Shown here piece by piece: positions 39,179 through 52,105 of a stretch of DNA of 64,000 nt. How positions within the stretch are numbered: the stretch's first letter is position 1; each line of letters begins with the position of its first letter. Origin of the DNA: Rhynchobatus australiae (taxonomy: Eukaryota); NCBI GenBank assembly GCA_034780895.1, contig JAUZTB010000066.1:14427154-14491153 (forward strand), read 5' to 3'. Position numbers and translations under genes: made by a program. The notes beneath the pieces are model-generated. The model was not told where the DNA came from. It was given only the letters and a program-made list of their open reading frames with translations, and did not search any database.

Positions 39179-40489
39179 ACTAATTAATGGTATTTACTTC
39201 ATTTAATCATATATAAAGTTCCATTTCTAGTGATGAGAATTGCTGGAGGTTTCAATAAAGCTCATTTGCTGTAAAGCTAAATCTCCAGGTGCTCAGTCTT
39301 ATTCATAAATGGATTAGCGAACTAAACTCCTGTGTGATAAATAGAGTTTAATTTGCATCCTGTCAATTTGGTATTATGATGTGGGATTGGTAGGAAACAG
39401 TCATTGCAGATACAAGTCCCAGCAAGTAACCAAAATCCTGAAGGAAGAGTGATTGTTACGATTAAAATGAATAGAAACTTGTGCCAATTCTAATGAAATA
39501 GAATCATAAAATGATGCAGTACAGAAAGGGGTCTGTTATCCCACTGTCTAGTGCTTTGATAGAGCTATCCAATTGGTTCCATTCTTTTGCTATTTCCCCA
39601 TAACCCTAGTAATTATTCAGCTCNNNNNNNNNNNNNNNNNNNNNNNNNNNNNNNNNNNNNNNNNNNNNNNNNNNNNNNNNNNNNNNNNNNNNNNNNNNNN
39701 NNNNNNNNNNNNNNNNNNNNNNNNNNNNNNNNNNNNNNNNNNNNNNNNNNNNNNNNNNNNNNNNNNNNNNNNNNNNNNNNNNNNNNNNNNNNNNNNNNNN
39801 NNNNNNNNNNNNNNNNNNNNNNNNNNNNNNNNNNNNNNNNNNNNNNNNNNNNNNNNNNNNNNNNNNNNNNNNNNNNNNNNNNNNNNNNNNNNNNNNNNNN
39901 NNNNNNNNNNNNNNNNNNNNNNNNNNNNNNNNNNNNNNNNNNNNNNNNNNNNNNNNNNNNNNNNNNNNNNNNNNNNNNNNNNNNNNNNNNNNNNNNNNNN
40001 NNNNNNNNNNNNNNNNNNNNNNNNNNNNNNNNNNNNNNNNNNNNNNNNNNNNNNNNNNNNNNNNNNNNNNNNNNNNNNNNNNNNNNNNNNNNNNNNNNNN
40101 NNNNNNNNNNNNNNNNNNNNNNNNNNNNNNNNNNNNNNNNNNNNNNNNNNNNNNNNNNNNNNNNNNNNNNNNNNNNNNNNNNNNNNNNNNNNNNNNNNNN
40201 NNNNNNNNNNNNNNNNNNNNNNNNNNNNNNNNNNNNNNNCTGCTACCTAACTTGCTGAGTTATCCCAATATTACTTCTTTATACTTCAGGTTTCTAGCAT
40301 TCCCTAAATTTAATGTTGATTTCTTAAAATATTTTTATACTATCATCACCCATTTCAGCTACATTGCACAATGTGGCTATTTTGCAGAAATTTTTGATGT
40401 GGTGTGTTAGATTGAACAACTTAGGCCTTGGTCAATCTCCCTTCAACTTCAAATGGTTTCTCAAATAGGCGATTGGAATACACTGAAAA

Positions 40490-40710
40490 CCAAAAGACTG
40501 CAGATGTAGTGGATCTGCAATAAGAACAAGAAATGCTGGAAACACTCAGCAGGACAGTCAGCATCTGTGGGAAGAGAAGCAGTTATTATTTTTAGGTCCA
40601 GGACCCTTCATCAGAAGAATTCTGACGGAGGATCCCAGACCTTAGCTCTGTTTCTCTTTCCACAGCTGCTGCCCGATCTCTGAATATTTTCAGCATTTTC
40701 TGTTTTTATA
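40490..40710. repeat. Palindrome of two opposed PLE termini
   Basis: Arms 40525-40610 and 40620-40710 are imperfect reverse complements around TCAGAAGAATTCTGA. Confidence 0.7.
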
Positions 40711-41477
40711 ACAGGAATACATTAGTCCATTAGCAAAAAAAGTTTAAAGAAAAACATGCAGATTCTTCCTGCTTCTCATTGTAATTTCTTCTTGTGTGCT
40801 TTAAATCTCATATCCTATTTATGAGGGATATTACATCCCCATTTTCATTGAGAAAAACAAATGGATGGACTAACTGAGTTCAGGCACTTCTCACTGTGAG
40901 GGTAAGATTTTCTGTCATGTTGACTTGCCTTGTAAACTTCTCAGCTTTCTTGCTTATCATCAAGCTGCTTTGGTGGTAACCACAGAGACTCTCTGGCTCC
41001 CAGCTTCCCAGCCTGCCTGTTGACATGCAGAAGAAAAAATAATATGGTAAGAAATCTTGGAAGGAAGTGGAATTAGTTGGTATTGATGGAGGAGAGAGAA
41101 GAGAAGGGAAGAGGTGGGTGCAGGTGTAAAGGGAATATTTCTGCCAATCCTTAATCAAAAGCAGAAAAATCAATCCATTTGTTCTACAGTGTTAANNNNN
41201 NNNNNNNNNNNNNNNNNNNNNNNNNNNNNNNNNNNNNNNNNNNNNNNNNNNNNNNNNNNNNNNNNNNNNNNNNNNNNNNNNNNNNNNNNNNNNNNNNNNN
41301 NNNNNNNNNNNNNNNCTGCAAAAATTTAGACAGAAAGAAATTTAAGCTGATTATCAAGTGTTTTTAGGAAGTGATAAACTTGTATTGGCTCAGAGATACA
41401 AGGTGAGGGTGACTTTCTTCTGACAAGAAATACATTATCTTTGTTTACAGTGATTTACCATAGTTGGATATGTGATA

Positions 41478-42615
41478 AATTGGTAAATTGGTTTATTATT
41501 GTCACATGTACTGAGGTACAATGAAAAACATTGTTCTGCATTCCATCCATACAGATCATTTCATCACATCAGTACACTGAAGTAGTACAAGGGAATGCAG
41601 AATAAAGTGTTAAAGTTACAGAGAAAGTGCAGTGCATGCAGACAAGGTGCAAGGTCATGATGAGGTAGACTGTGGTCAAGTGTCCATCTTATCATTCTAG
41701 TGGACCTTGCAATAGTCTTATAACAGCAGGATAGTAGCTGTCCTTGAGCCTAGAGGTATGTGCTCTCCCCCCCTCCCATTGTCACTGATGGGAGAGGGAG
41801 AAGAGAGAATGTCCAGGGTGGGTAGTGTCTTTGATTACATTGGCTGCTTTACTGAGGCAGTGAGAACTGTAAACAGAATCTATGGAGGGGAGTCTGGTTT
41901 TAATGATGTGAAAAAAAGNNNNNNNNNNNNNNNNNNNNNNNNNNNNNNNNNNNNNNNNNNNNNNNNNNNNNNNNNNNNNNNNNNNNNNNNNNNNNNNNNN
42001 NNNNNNNNNNNNNNNNNNNNNNNNNNNNNNNNNNNNNNNNNNNNNNNNNNNNNNNNNNNNNNNNNNNNNNNNNNNNNNNNNNNNNNNNNNNNNNNNNNNN
42101 NNNNNNNNNNNNNNNNNNNNCCCCCCCCCACCGTCCTGAAATCAATGACCAGCTCTTTTGTTTTGCTGATATTGAGAGAAAGATTGTTGTCATGATACCA
42201 TGCTACTAAGCTCCTTATTTCCTTCCTGTACTCTGACTCATCATTATTTGAGATTTGGCCCACTATGGTGATGTCATCTACAAACTTGTAGATGGAGTTA
42301 GAGCAGAATCTGGCCACGCGGACATGAGTGTATACGAAGTAAAGTCGGAGGCTGAGAACGCAGCCTTGTAAGGCACCAGTGTTGAGGATAATCATGGCGG
42401 AGGTGTTGCTACCTATTCGTACTGATTGCAGTCTGTCGGTCAGGAAGACAAGGACCCAGTTGCAAAGGGAAATGTTGGGTTCCAGGTCTAGGAGTTTGGA
42501 AATGAGTTTGCTTGGAATTATGGTATTGAATGCAGAATTGTAGTCAATAAATAGTAGTCTGACGTAGGTGTCTTTGCTATCCAGATGCTCCACAGATGTG
42601 TGTAGGGCCAGTGAT
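41478..42615 (-). mobile_element. Rex1/Babar-clade LINE, 5'-truncated, with RT fragment
   Basis: [21 protein letters not shown]...[10 protein letters not shown]...[10 protein letters not shown]...[14 protein letters not shown]; 3' UTR ends near 41478. Confidence 0.9.
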
Positions 42616-43239
42616 GATCCGGTTTATTAAATGCATCCAACAGGAGAGAGTGAACTTCTGCTTATATAGAGGCTTTCACTTATTCTGCATAACCCCAAGC
42701 ACTTTGCAATTAAAAACCTGCTTCTCCTTCTTTAGAAGAAGCTGCACAATCAAAAAGATGGAAAAAATGAGGGGGAAAGAGAAAAAAATCCAAAAGCAGT
42801 AAATGCAAGAGTTCAGGAAGAAATTCTGACAACAAACTTGCCACACCTTGACCTTGTGTCATAGTGTTTAACTTGTGTTGGTGAATTGATTAATTATTTT
42901 AAANNNNNNNNNNNNNNNNNNNNNNNNNNNNNNNNNNNNNNNNNNNNNNNNNNNNNNNNNNNNNNNNNNNNNNNNNNNNNNNNNNNNNNNNNNNNNNNNN
43001 NNNNNNNNNNNNNNNNNNNNNNNGGTCTTAAATGAGAAAAGCCGCAGGCTGCATCATGAGTGCCGACCACTAACCCCGACCACCCTCCACCCTCTCGTTA
43101 AGTAGAATTTGTCTTTTATGACACCACAATGGACAGCATTGTCAAGAAGCATTCCAGAGACATTCCTAAAATAGTGTTGAAATAGAAGATTATAGTCTTT
43201 TCAGTATTTTTAATAGTCTCTTGCATACTTGAATGAGTA

Positions 43240-43615
43240 TGGTTAGGTTACTGGAACAACACCCTGAGGCCTGTACAATTGTTCTGTGCATGAGTTCATA
43301 TCCTAACATTACAGCTGAGGTGCTTACATTCAAGAAATACTGTACATCTGAAATAAATATTTAATGTGATGTAGTATCAGTAATGATGACCATGTAACTA
43401 TTGGTTTATCATTAAAGCCCATCTCTGGGAAAGGAAACGTGTCATTCTTACTTGGTTTGGTTTCTATGTAACACCAAGCCCATGGTATTTTTGTTATTCT
43501 TTATTGCTTTCTGAAATGATCTGTCAAGCTGTTCAATTCAAGGGCAATCATGGATGGGCAATGAATGCTGGCTTGCCAGCGATCTCCATATTCAACATAT
43601 GAATGAATTAACACA
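43240..43615 (+). mobile_element. Old tRNA-type SINE of a different family
   Basis: B-box-like GAGTTCATATCC; tail AAGGGCAATCATGGATGGGCAATGAATGCTGGCTTGCCAGCGA. Confidence 0.6.
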
Positions 43616-43814
43616 ATCCATGTGTTTTCAGTGAGTTAGAGCAAATATTAATTTCTAATCTTTATTGATTCCTCTGCTATGTAAAAAAAAAATCTTTTTC
43701 TGCAATGTTTAATAGGAAGTGACATTTTTAACGTAGTAGGGGATTGATTTTACTACTTTGTTGTTGACTGTAGGCTAAAGATTTTTTTTAAACCAGACTA
43801 GAAAAAATAAAATA

Positions 43815-44155
43815 AGAACTTGCACTGACAAAGAGGCTTACCACACCTCTTACAAAACGACTGACACATAGAAAGCTATGTTGAAGTATATAGAGGTCAA
43901 CAAGGTGGTTACTTTGCACAGCATTTCTGCACATTAACATCACTAACTGAGTGACTCATGAATCTACTTCTGATGGTGATGTTGAGGGAAATTCCTTGCT
44001 TTTATCATTTGGTGTCATGAGATCTTTAATAACATTTGGCAGCCAAGTTGACGTAACATGACTTCCAATGAATAGTATCTCCATAATGCAATATTCCATG
44101 GATGAAATGATGTAATCATATTCTGGAGTGCTGTCTTAATCTTTGATCTTCTGAG
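43815..44155 (-). mobile_element. Highly decayed DeuSINE-like remnant; further pieces near 18740, 27150 and 50340
   Basis: Patchy colinearity with 23780-24200. Confidence 0.4.
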
Positions 44156-44992
44156 TAGGTAATACAAACAGGCATTTGCTTCAATGAGTTAATATGAATG
44201 GAACCCTTAATGTGATTTCAGTGTGGAAAGTGGCCAATTGACCCACTTACGATATGCTAGTGCTGGTACCACAACATGTTCATTTACCCTAATCCCATTT
44301 GCTTGCTCTTTTCCCCATGCTGTTCAATGTAATCAAAAGTATAAATAAATTGTCTTCTGGTGAAACTAAAGAAAATCAGTATGAATTTACAATTAAAAAA
44401 ACCTAACATCCCTCTAGGTAGACCCAGTGTGGAAATGGAACCTGCAAATGAATTGATTGTATCTGAATTTGGATTGTTATTTTTAATCATTGAACTGAAA
44501 TGACCCTATATTTCCTAACTGTTTAAAGAGTTATTTAATATGGCTGTACAAATGTATAACAGATGTGACTATCTGAATCAGCGTGCCTATATTTGTGATG
44601 CCATTATTTCTGATATGCCAGTAGAACTAACCTGTATTACATTATAGGGAATTCACAATAATCTGCATGGGCTTTGCAGGGACTAAGTTCTCTACTCGTA
44701 CTACAGAAATGGAATAAGGAGTGTTCTGGTATTTCCCACAGCAAGCAAAATTTTATCAGATTTCATATCATTCTTTAAAATAGATTTATATATTCATGTA
44801 CAACCGGTTATGATAAGCAGCCATTTGCTGTGATATTTCTTCCAGCTAGTAAAATTAATGGAAGAGGAAACTCTGTCAGTTTTAGAAAGCTGGCAGTGTG
44901 ATGTTGGCAGTAGACTAGCAAAAGAAAACTGGTGTCAAGTATTAGCAATCTCTTCAAATTATGACTGATTTTCTCCCCCCTTCTTCCTTCAG

Positions 44993-45148
44993 TATGTGTA
45001 CTCTTATGTCAAGGGATTCTCCGACGGACCTTTTGCAGATTTCCTCGTATATCTTTCCCACAGTTCAGACTTTTTCCATCACAATGGACAAAAGGTTTGG
45101 TGGAGGCAACAATTTACAGAGCTGTTCCAGTAATGTGATGTTGGAAAG
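44993..45148 (+). CDS. EFCAB5: EFCAB5 exon C (YVYSYVKGFSDGPFADFLVYLSHSSDFFHHNGQKVWWRQQFTELFQ*CDVGK); in-frame TAA as assembled
   Basis: Strong acceptor TTCTCCCCCCTTCTTCCTTCAG; 156 nt, phase 0 to 0. Resembles recalled human RRQMFAELFLHCDHGK. TAA at 45131-45133. The donor GTCAGT appears only after the gap, following a repeated GTTGGAAAG (45261-45275). Confidence 0.8.
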
Positions 45149-46595
45149 CCTGCATTCAGTNNNNNNNNNNNNNNNNNNNNNNNNNNNNNNNNNNNNNNNN
45201 NNNNNNNNNNNNNNNNNNNNNNNNNNNNNNNNNNNNNNNNNNNNNNNNNNNNNNNNNNNNGTTGGAAAGGTCAGTAATTAGAGGAAATATTGCCTGCGGG
45301 AATGACATATTAACATTTACAGGAAGATAAGTGGAATTAATTCCACTAAGTCATGAGTTTGATGAAGAATGATGTAGAATTTCCATATTTATCCAGAGTC
45401 AAGTCTGTAAGTGTGTTGCTGAGAAATAAAGTGATGTGAAATGTCTGTTTTGAACTAATCTTGACCAGAACCCAAATCATTCCTGACAGCAAAACATTCT
45501 GCTATGAGATTGTTTTCCTGACTGTAAGTGACTGGGAAAAACAGCAGGTGGATAACTTCCAGCAGAAAACTCTTTCATGCACTGACCAGTAAACAGTAGC
45601 CACATTTCCACCTCCCCCGGAAAAAGGTCATTGCACCCTAAAAAGAAAAGTCCCCTGAGAGAGTGAGACATCAAACATCAAGCTCTTATTCCTTCCCCTA
45701 TAATCACTCCTAGTCCCTGAATACTTTCTGTGGTTAAGTCCTTTCATCCTCTCACCCCTCCCTATTACTTAATGATCTAATCTAACTGCTCTGTGAACTA
45801 TTCATTCATTTGTCTGAACACTCTAGGTATTTTACAGTATTCCCCTGCTTTGGCTCTCTTTCAGCCTCTGTGTTCATCTCCTTGGCCTCGTGTTTTGGAA
45901 TTTCCTTGTCTAAATATTGGTGGACACTTGTTCACTCATGTTGATGTGGTGAAGAAAGACAGAGTCCAGTGTGGTTGTGGACTCTCGAACAATCTATGAT
46001 TCTCCCCACTTCCTATACTAGACTCCCCCACTCCTCCTCCAGGATTAAAAGGGATTTTGATAGCATTGACTGGCAGGCTGTTTAGTAAACTAAGGGCACA
46101 TATTTAAGATAATTGTCAAAAATTGAGGAGAAATTTTTCTAATGTACTTATTTCTAATGAATGGGAAAGCATCACCTGAGAGCGGATGGTAGAAGATCTG
46201 ATTGCATGCAGAAGGGTAAATTTGCAAGGTTGAGGATTGATAGCACCAATTGAGTAACTCCTTCAAAGAGTAAGCACATAGTGTGTGATGTATAAATGGA
46301 TGAAAAATGAATTTAATAAATAATAACAAGGACAGATACACCCTGCACCCTGACATTTAGTAATAACAGCAGCATATAAAGAATTGAACATAACATGCCT
46401 TTTGCCAGATCACTGTACCTTGTGTTGAGTATATTTGTGATTTTAGCTGTGATGGATAACCACGATGGATAACAATGACTGATTAGTTTTGGGATTAAAA
46501 CAAAGGCCAAATCTCGCAATGTTGGTAAATTAGTTTGTAGTTAATTTAAATATTTTGCATAGTGAAAAGTGGAATAAAATTTTTTCTTAATGTAG

Positions 46596-46695
46596 TCTGG
46601 ACTCCTGAATAGGAAGAGGATTCTCTCTTTGTTTGAAGAATTCTATGATCAACACTCAGGCATACATGAAAGTGAATTGTACAACCCAAGGGAAT
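46596..46695 (+). CDS. EFCAB5: EFCAB5 exon D (SGLLNRKRILSLFEEFYDQHSGIHESELYNPRE)
   Basis: Acceptor TGTAG, donor GTGAGT; 100 nt, phase 0 to 1; T+GG gives Trp with exon E. Resembles recalled VGFLDRQRTLALLELFYD...NPRQW. Missing from the ORF track. Confidence 0.88.
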
Positions 46696-47457
46696 GTGAG
46701 TACTAACAGAAAGAGAAATAAGTGGATTGTAAACTACAGATTACTGAAGGGTTGGAGGTTCTGGTTCTCTGCTCATAATTACTGTTAGAAATAGTGCATG
46801 CATTTCAACACTGTGCTCATGAATTGTATTTTTATCTGACCATCAGATCTATTGCAGTATTTGTAAATATGATACTGATACCTGGTGGTGGAGCAGCAAC
46901 ACTGCAATTTGCCATAAATAGCGGCTAATTACAGAATCAGTGCAGACATTGAAATTCTCACTATTCTCTGATTCTAAAGGTAATATTGAATTAATTTATT
47001 TATAATAATCCATATAACTTCAGTTTAACTACCCTCGCCCAGCCTGACACTGGAGATTTTCCATGACAGGTACCTTTAAATGAACAATTAAAAATTCAGA
47101 ATGACTTTACCGCTCTGATAAATGGTGGTATGTTTAATCCAAGGAATTTGCACCCTCTGTAGTCTTAACTCTTCAGAACAAAGATGCTGTTTCAGAAGCA
47201 AACAGCATTGCCCAACTAGTTGGGAATGATGTAAGCAGCAACCTACCATCTGAATTTACTAGCCTTCTATGTCACCTTACCATTGATCACAAAGTTGAGT
47301 TGTTTGCTACTTAAAGGTTCAACAGTGTGACAGTCAAAGCACTGTAAACAGATGGCCTGTGCTTTAACACAACATATTTGGAAGAGAATCAAGGAAAGAG
47401 ACAAATCCTAAAACTTCTGAGTTTGTGGTGGAATTCTGCAGCAGAATTAAAGGAATT

Positions 47458-47695
47458 AATTGGTAACTTGGTTTATTGTTGTCACATGTACCATGGTACA
47501 GTGAAAAACTTTGTTTTCATGCCATCCATACAGATCATTTCATCACATTAGCGCATTGAGGTAATACAAGGGAACAGCAATAACAGAATGCAGAATAAAG
47601 TGTTACAGTTACAGAGAAAGTGCAGTGCAGGCAGACAATAAGCTGCAAGACTATAATGAGGTAGATTGTGAGATCAAAAGTCCATCTTCATTATA
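47458..47695 (-). mobile_element. Rex/Babar LINE 3' UTR
   Basis: Closely matches 14365-14505 and 41480-41700. Confidence 0.8.
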
Positions 47696-48479
47696 AGCAG
47701 AATGAAAAGCAGATATCCTTTCTGACAGCAAGTCCATCAGTTTGGTTTAATTCATAACTAATCTATAAAACTACACAATATTTCAGAGGATTCAATGCAT
47801 ATAAATCATGTATTTAGGAAATAGGTTTTCAACTTACCCCAGAGGACTATGAATGACTAGGTTGCTGTGTTCATTCAAAACAGACCTTTAAGGATTTCTG
47901 GATAGTAAGGAATATGAGGACAGCTTATAACACACACACACACACATGATAAGTACACGAGGGAGAAAGTAAAAGAGGGATGTTGTTTGGATTGCGTAAG
48001 ATAGGGTAGGACGTGGGTTACGGAGCTGAATGGCTTGTTTCAGTGTTATAAATTCTATTAATTCATTCTAATGCCTTGAAAGCTTAAAATATGAACTGAT
48101 CATAAAAGAGTTTATAAAAGCCTTGGGGCGTCCTCTGAACACATTTTGTGAGTTGTAATACCAGGTGCATTAGGTTTTGCAATTAATTTTATTAACAATT
48201 ATAATATTCAAAATTGATTCAGTGGACCTTTATTAGCTGATAATCAAATAACATTCAGGATTCCAGACAAGATTAAAATTGCCTTGGTAGCATACTTTTT
48301 GAATACACTATTGCAGGTAAATGACTGACCAATTTAATTTTTGACAGTCTCCTCAGATTTATCAGTGATCCATTTCCATATTTTTATGATATAGGGGCCT
48401 GTATTGTAGATCAAACATTATAGCTTTACCTGATTAGGGTATGTGAATTTTCTGGGCTAATGTTAGTGCTAGTAATTAG

Positions 48480-49580
48480 GAACATAAGAAATAGGAGCAG
48501 AAGCAGGTCATACTGCCCCTTGACTCTGTCCTGCCATTCAATAAGATATGGCTGATCTGTTCATTGGCTCCAGATCCACTTCCCCACCTAAACCCTATAA
48601 TCTTTGATTAACTTTTAGTTAAAAAANNNNNNNNNNNNNNNNNNNNNNNNNNNNNNNNNNNNNNNNNNNNNNNNNNNNNNNNNNNNNNNNNNNNNNNNNN
48701 NNNNNNNNNNNNNNNNNNNNNNNNNNAATCCCTATAATCTTTGATTATCTTTTAGTTCAAAAACCTGGATCAACTTTGAATATACTTAAGGACTCAGCAT
48801 TCACAGCACACAGGGACAAAAATTCCAAAGATAAACAACTCCTTTAAAGAAGAATCCTCATCTCAATGTTAAATGGATGTCTATTTATCCTGAAGTGCTA
48901 CCCCTAGTTCCAGACTCCCCCATCAGCAAAAACATTCCCACATCATCTATCCCGTGAAGATTCTGAGGGGGTTTATATATTTAATAAGAAGACCTTTCTC
49001 TCTTCTGCACTCCAGAATTGAGTATTCTGGAGTGCAGAAGAGAGAAAGGTCTTCTTATTATCCACTCGTCTTTCCCCATCATCCCAAAAATCAATCTATT
49101 GAATCTCTTCCGCACTTAATTCAAGTCTTAGATAGGGAGGCCAAAACTACACGGTACTCCATAGTCCCATCAAAGTCCTGGGCAGTCACTGAAAGATTTT
49201 CATCTCTTTGTATGCAATCCCTCTTACAAAAAGGCCAGCATTTAATTTGCCTTCCTAACTACTCGCTGTACCTGCATGCCAACTTTTTGTGTTTCTTGTA
49301 CAAGGCCATCTAGACTACCCTGAATACCAGTATTCATTAATCTCACACTATTTAAATAATCTTTTGTTTTTCCATTCTTTCTACTAAAATGAATAACCTC
49401 ACACTTCCCAGCATTATACTCATTCTGTCTTCTTTTTACCTCTTCACTAACCTGTCCATATCCCTTTTGGAGACTTTGCACATCATCTTCACAACTCACA
49501 ACCTCTCTTTGAATCACCATTAAACTTGGATATCGTGCCCTTGGTCCCTTCATTTAAGTCATTGATGTTAACTGTGAGTG
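48480..49580 (-). mobile_element. CR1 LINE 3' fragment
   Basis: Minus strand EYNAGKCEVIHFSRKN...VQRVVRKAN. Confidence 0.75.
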
Positions 49581-49720
49581 GATAATGATTCAGTTCTTAG
49601 AATTAAATTTACTTTTCAAAGCAGTAGTTGCTCAACTATGGAACTAGCTACTAAAGACTTAAATAAATTGACAAAACTTGACCTTATTATGTATTTTTAA
49701 TGAATTTGCCATTTTACTAG

Positions 49721-49978
49721 GGCCTATCATTGAGCTTGATGAAATGGAACCAGCAGATTTTATGCTTGACTTTGGAAATGACTATATCAGTACTCAAGTA
49801 CCAACACATCCACCTACTGAAGAGGAGGCATCAACTGGCCAGATACAAGCAGATGTAGCTGACCAGTTGCTATTACACAGAGGCTTAGATGATGGAGCCA
49901 CTGAAAAAGACCATGTAGAAGAAACTGGAGATCTTGAACAAGCAAAGTTGACACCACAGAGTTTAGCAGCAAGGGTTG
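49721..49978 (+). CDS. EFCAB5: EFCAB5 exon E (WPIIELDEMEPADFMLDFG...QSLAARV), acidic linker
   Basis: Inside ORF 49678-50025; acceptor TTTTACTAG, donor GTGAGT at 49979; 258 nt, phase 1 to 1. WPIIELDE resembles WPFIEFEE. Confidence 0.85.
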
Positions 49979-50953
49979 GTGAGTCGTGCGAAAGAAATGC
50001 ACACATCATTTATGAGTATCGATGATGATAATGTAGCAAGGGAGAGTGGAGGCTTAAAATAGCATAGGGTCAAAGCAAAGGAGAATGCAAAGTGTCAGAA
50101 GATAATTGATAACGAAAGATAGAGGACTTCTAACGTGACAAATTTGAATAGCATTTTATTCCCGAAATATAGCTGAGAGGTAAATTTAGCACTTTGTGTT
50201 TCAATAGCAAGAAAAATTTGCTTTTATATCANNNNNNNNNNNNNNNNNNNNNNNNNNNNNNNNNNNNNNNNNNNNNNNNNNNNNNNNNNNNNNNNNNNNN
50301 NNNNNNNNNNNNNNNNNNNNNNNNNNNNNNNTCATGGTTTTCAGCTCTTTGCAGCCAATGAAGTGCTTCTAAAGTGCAGTCACTGATTTACTATAAGAAA
50401 TGTAAAAGCCAATTTGAACAGAACTATGTCCCATAAACAGCGAATGATAACAACCTGATAGTGATGTTGGCAGAGGAATCTATCAGTCTTTAACTGTAAG
50501 TTGAATTCTGCTTTGTTATGAGCAAAATTTAAACAATACAGATGTTGGAAATCTGAAAGAAAGAAGAATAGGATTATTGCCTTATTTACTCTGCCTTTGT
50601 TATCATCCATGGCAAAGATGGGGTTCGGCAACAAAGTGCAACATTTAGATTGAAGACTCTGAGTATTCTACCTTTACCCACAATCTTCAAACACATTTTT
50701 CAACCAAATTTTTGTGCAGCCTCTTGATATTTCCTGAGTTCTCCTGATTCTGTCCTTGACTTTGACTTAACAAATATGTTGTTTTTATATACTTAGTGGC
50801 AATGAATAAGAAATCAAAGCCCCTCCAGATTTTTCTCTTAAGGTTGAATTTCACATATGCTTTTTGCATATGGTGAATATAAATCTCTGATACTTTATTT
50901 CAAAGACTGCTATACAAATATAACTGTGCATTTTAATTTACTTTCCCTTGCAG

Positions 50954-51028
50954 CTGTTCTTTCTTCTGATGTACCTTCTCATAAGCACATTTCTGAAGAG
51001 CAAGAAGCAAAATTATCTAAATTTCCAG
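50954..51028 (+). CDS. EFCAB5: EFCAB5 exon F (AVLSSDVPSHKHISEEQEAKLSKFP)
   Basis: Acceptor CTTTCCCTTGCAG, donor GTACTT; 75 nt, phase 1 to 1, open in the frame set by its neighbours. Confidence 0.75.
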
Positions 51029-51721
51029 GTACTTATGTAATCTTAACTATTGTATAATTTTTTTTGCAAATTTTGATATAAGCAGTAAGGATACATATAA
51101 ATCAACAGAAATCAAAGTAGTTCCAGACATTAAATAAAGTCACCCAACTTTGGTGGGATTTTTCCAGTTTTAGTGCCTAAAGTTAGGTTTTCTGCTTCAC
51201 TTCAGTTGAGTAATGTATTGTATCTAAAGTTAGGACTGCATCAGTCCCATTTAACAGTCATTTTTGTCCTATTATTATATTCAAATAATGTGAGAAATAC
51301 ATGCTAGTATATTAGCTGCAATATTTTAAATGCAACTTCATTTCACCATTTACACATGTAACTTCCCCAGAGTTTGCAGAAGGTTGGCACTGTCATAAAA
51401 TCATGCACATTACCGAGGAGCAGAATGATGCCTGGTTGGTCAGTAGCCCATGTCTATCCAGCAGGGTACAGGGAGGTGCACACCTACCCTGGTTGATGCT
51501 GTAGATTAGTTGATAGATAATGACTGCATCACGAGGTTGACATTACCACTGGCTGCACTACCAGTGCCTTCAAGTTTTCAACCTGTACTTCCTTTTAGAA
51601 ATGTTGCAGAGATCTTCTGCATATGAGAAATCACCCAGAATTTCTTAACAGGCACAAGAGACTACACATCCTGACATCTGGAGCAACAGTCCAGTCCTGA
51701 TACAGGGTTTCGATCCAATAC

Positions 51722-52105
51722 AGGGCAGCACGGTAGCGTAGTGGTTAGCACGATGCTATTACAGCGCCAGTGACCCGGGTTCGATTCCCGCCGCTGCCTG
51801 TAAGGAGTTTGTACATTCTCCCGTGTCTGCGTGGGTTTCCTCTGGGTGCTCCGGTTTCCTCCCACATTCCAAAGNNNNNNNNNNNNNNNNNNNNNNNNNN
51901 NNNNNNNNNNNNNNNNNNNNNNNNNNNNNNNNNNNNNNNNNNNNNNNNNNNNNNNNNNNNNNNNNNNNNNNNNNCTCCGGTTTCCTCCCACATTCCAAAG
52001 ACGTACGGGTAGGTTAATTTGGGGTTTAAAATGGGCGGTGTGGACTCATTGAGCCGGAAGGGCCTGTTACCACGCTGTAAATAAAATTTAAAATTTAATT
52101 TAATT
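51722..52105 (+). mobile_element. Young V-SINE, tail type B, inserted in a PLE terminus
   Basis: A box TAGCGTAGTGG 51734-51744; B box GGTTCGATTCCC 51778-51789; V-domain; tail GCCGGAAGGGCCTGTT. Confidence 0.88.

Noticed and set aside
41880-42593. Host or domesticated reverse-transcriptase gene
   Set aside because: 5'-truncated Rex/Babar copy with altered motifs (GALQG, FVDD) and a LINE 3' UTR.
44847-44939. Possible duplicate exon (LVKLMEEE...CDVGS) upstream of exon C
   Set aside because: Shares only TGTGATGTTGG with exon C; weak donor and no wider similarity.
51722-51795. tRNA gene
   Set aside because: The A and B boxes run straight into the V-domain; it is a SINE head.
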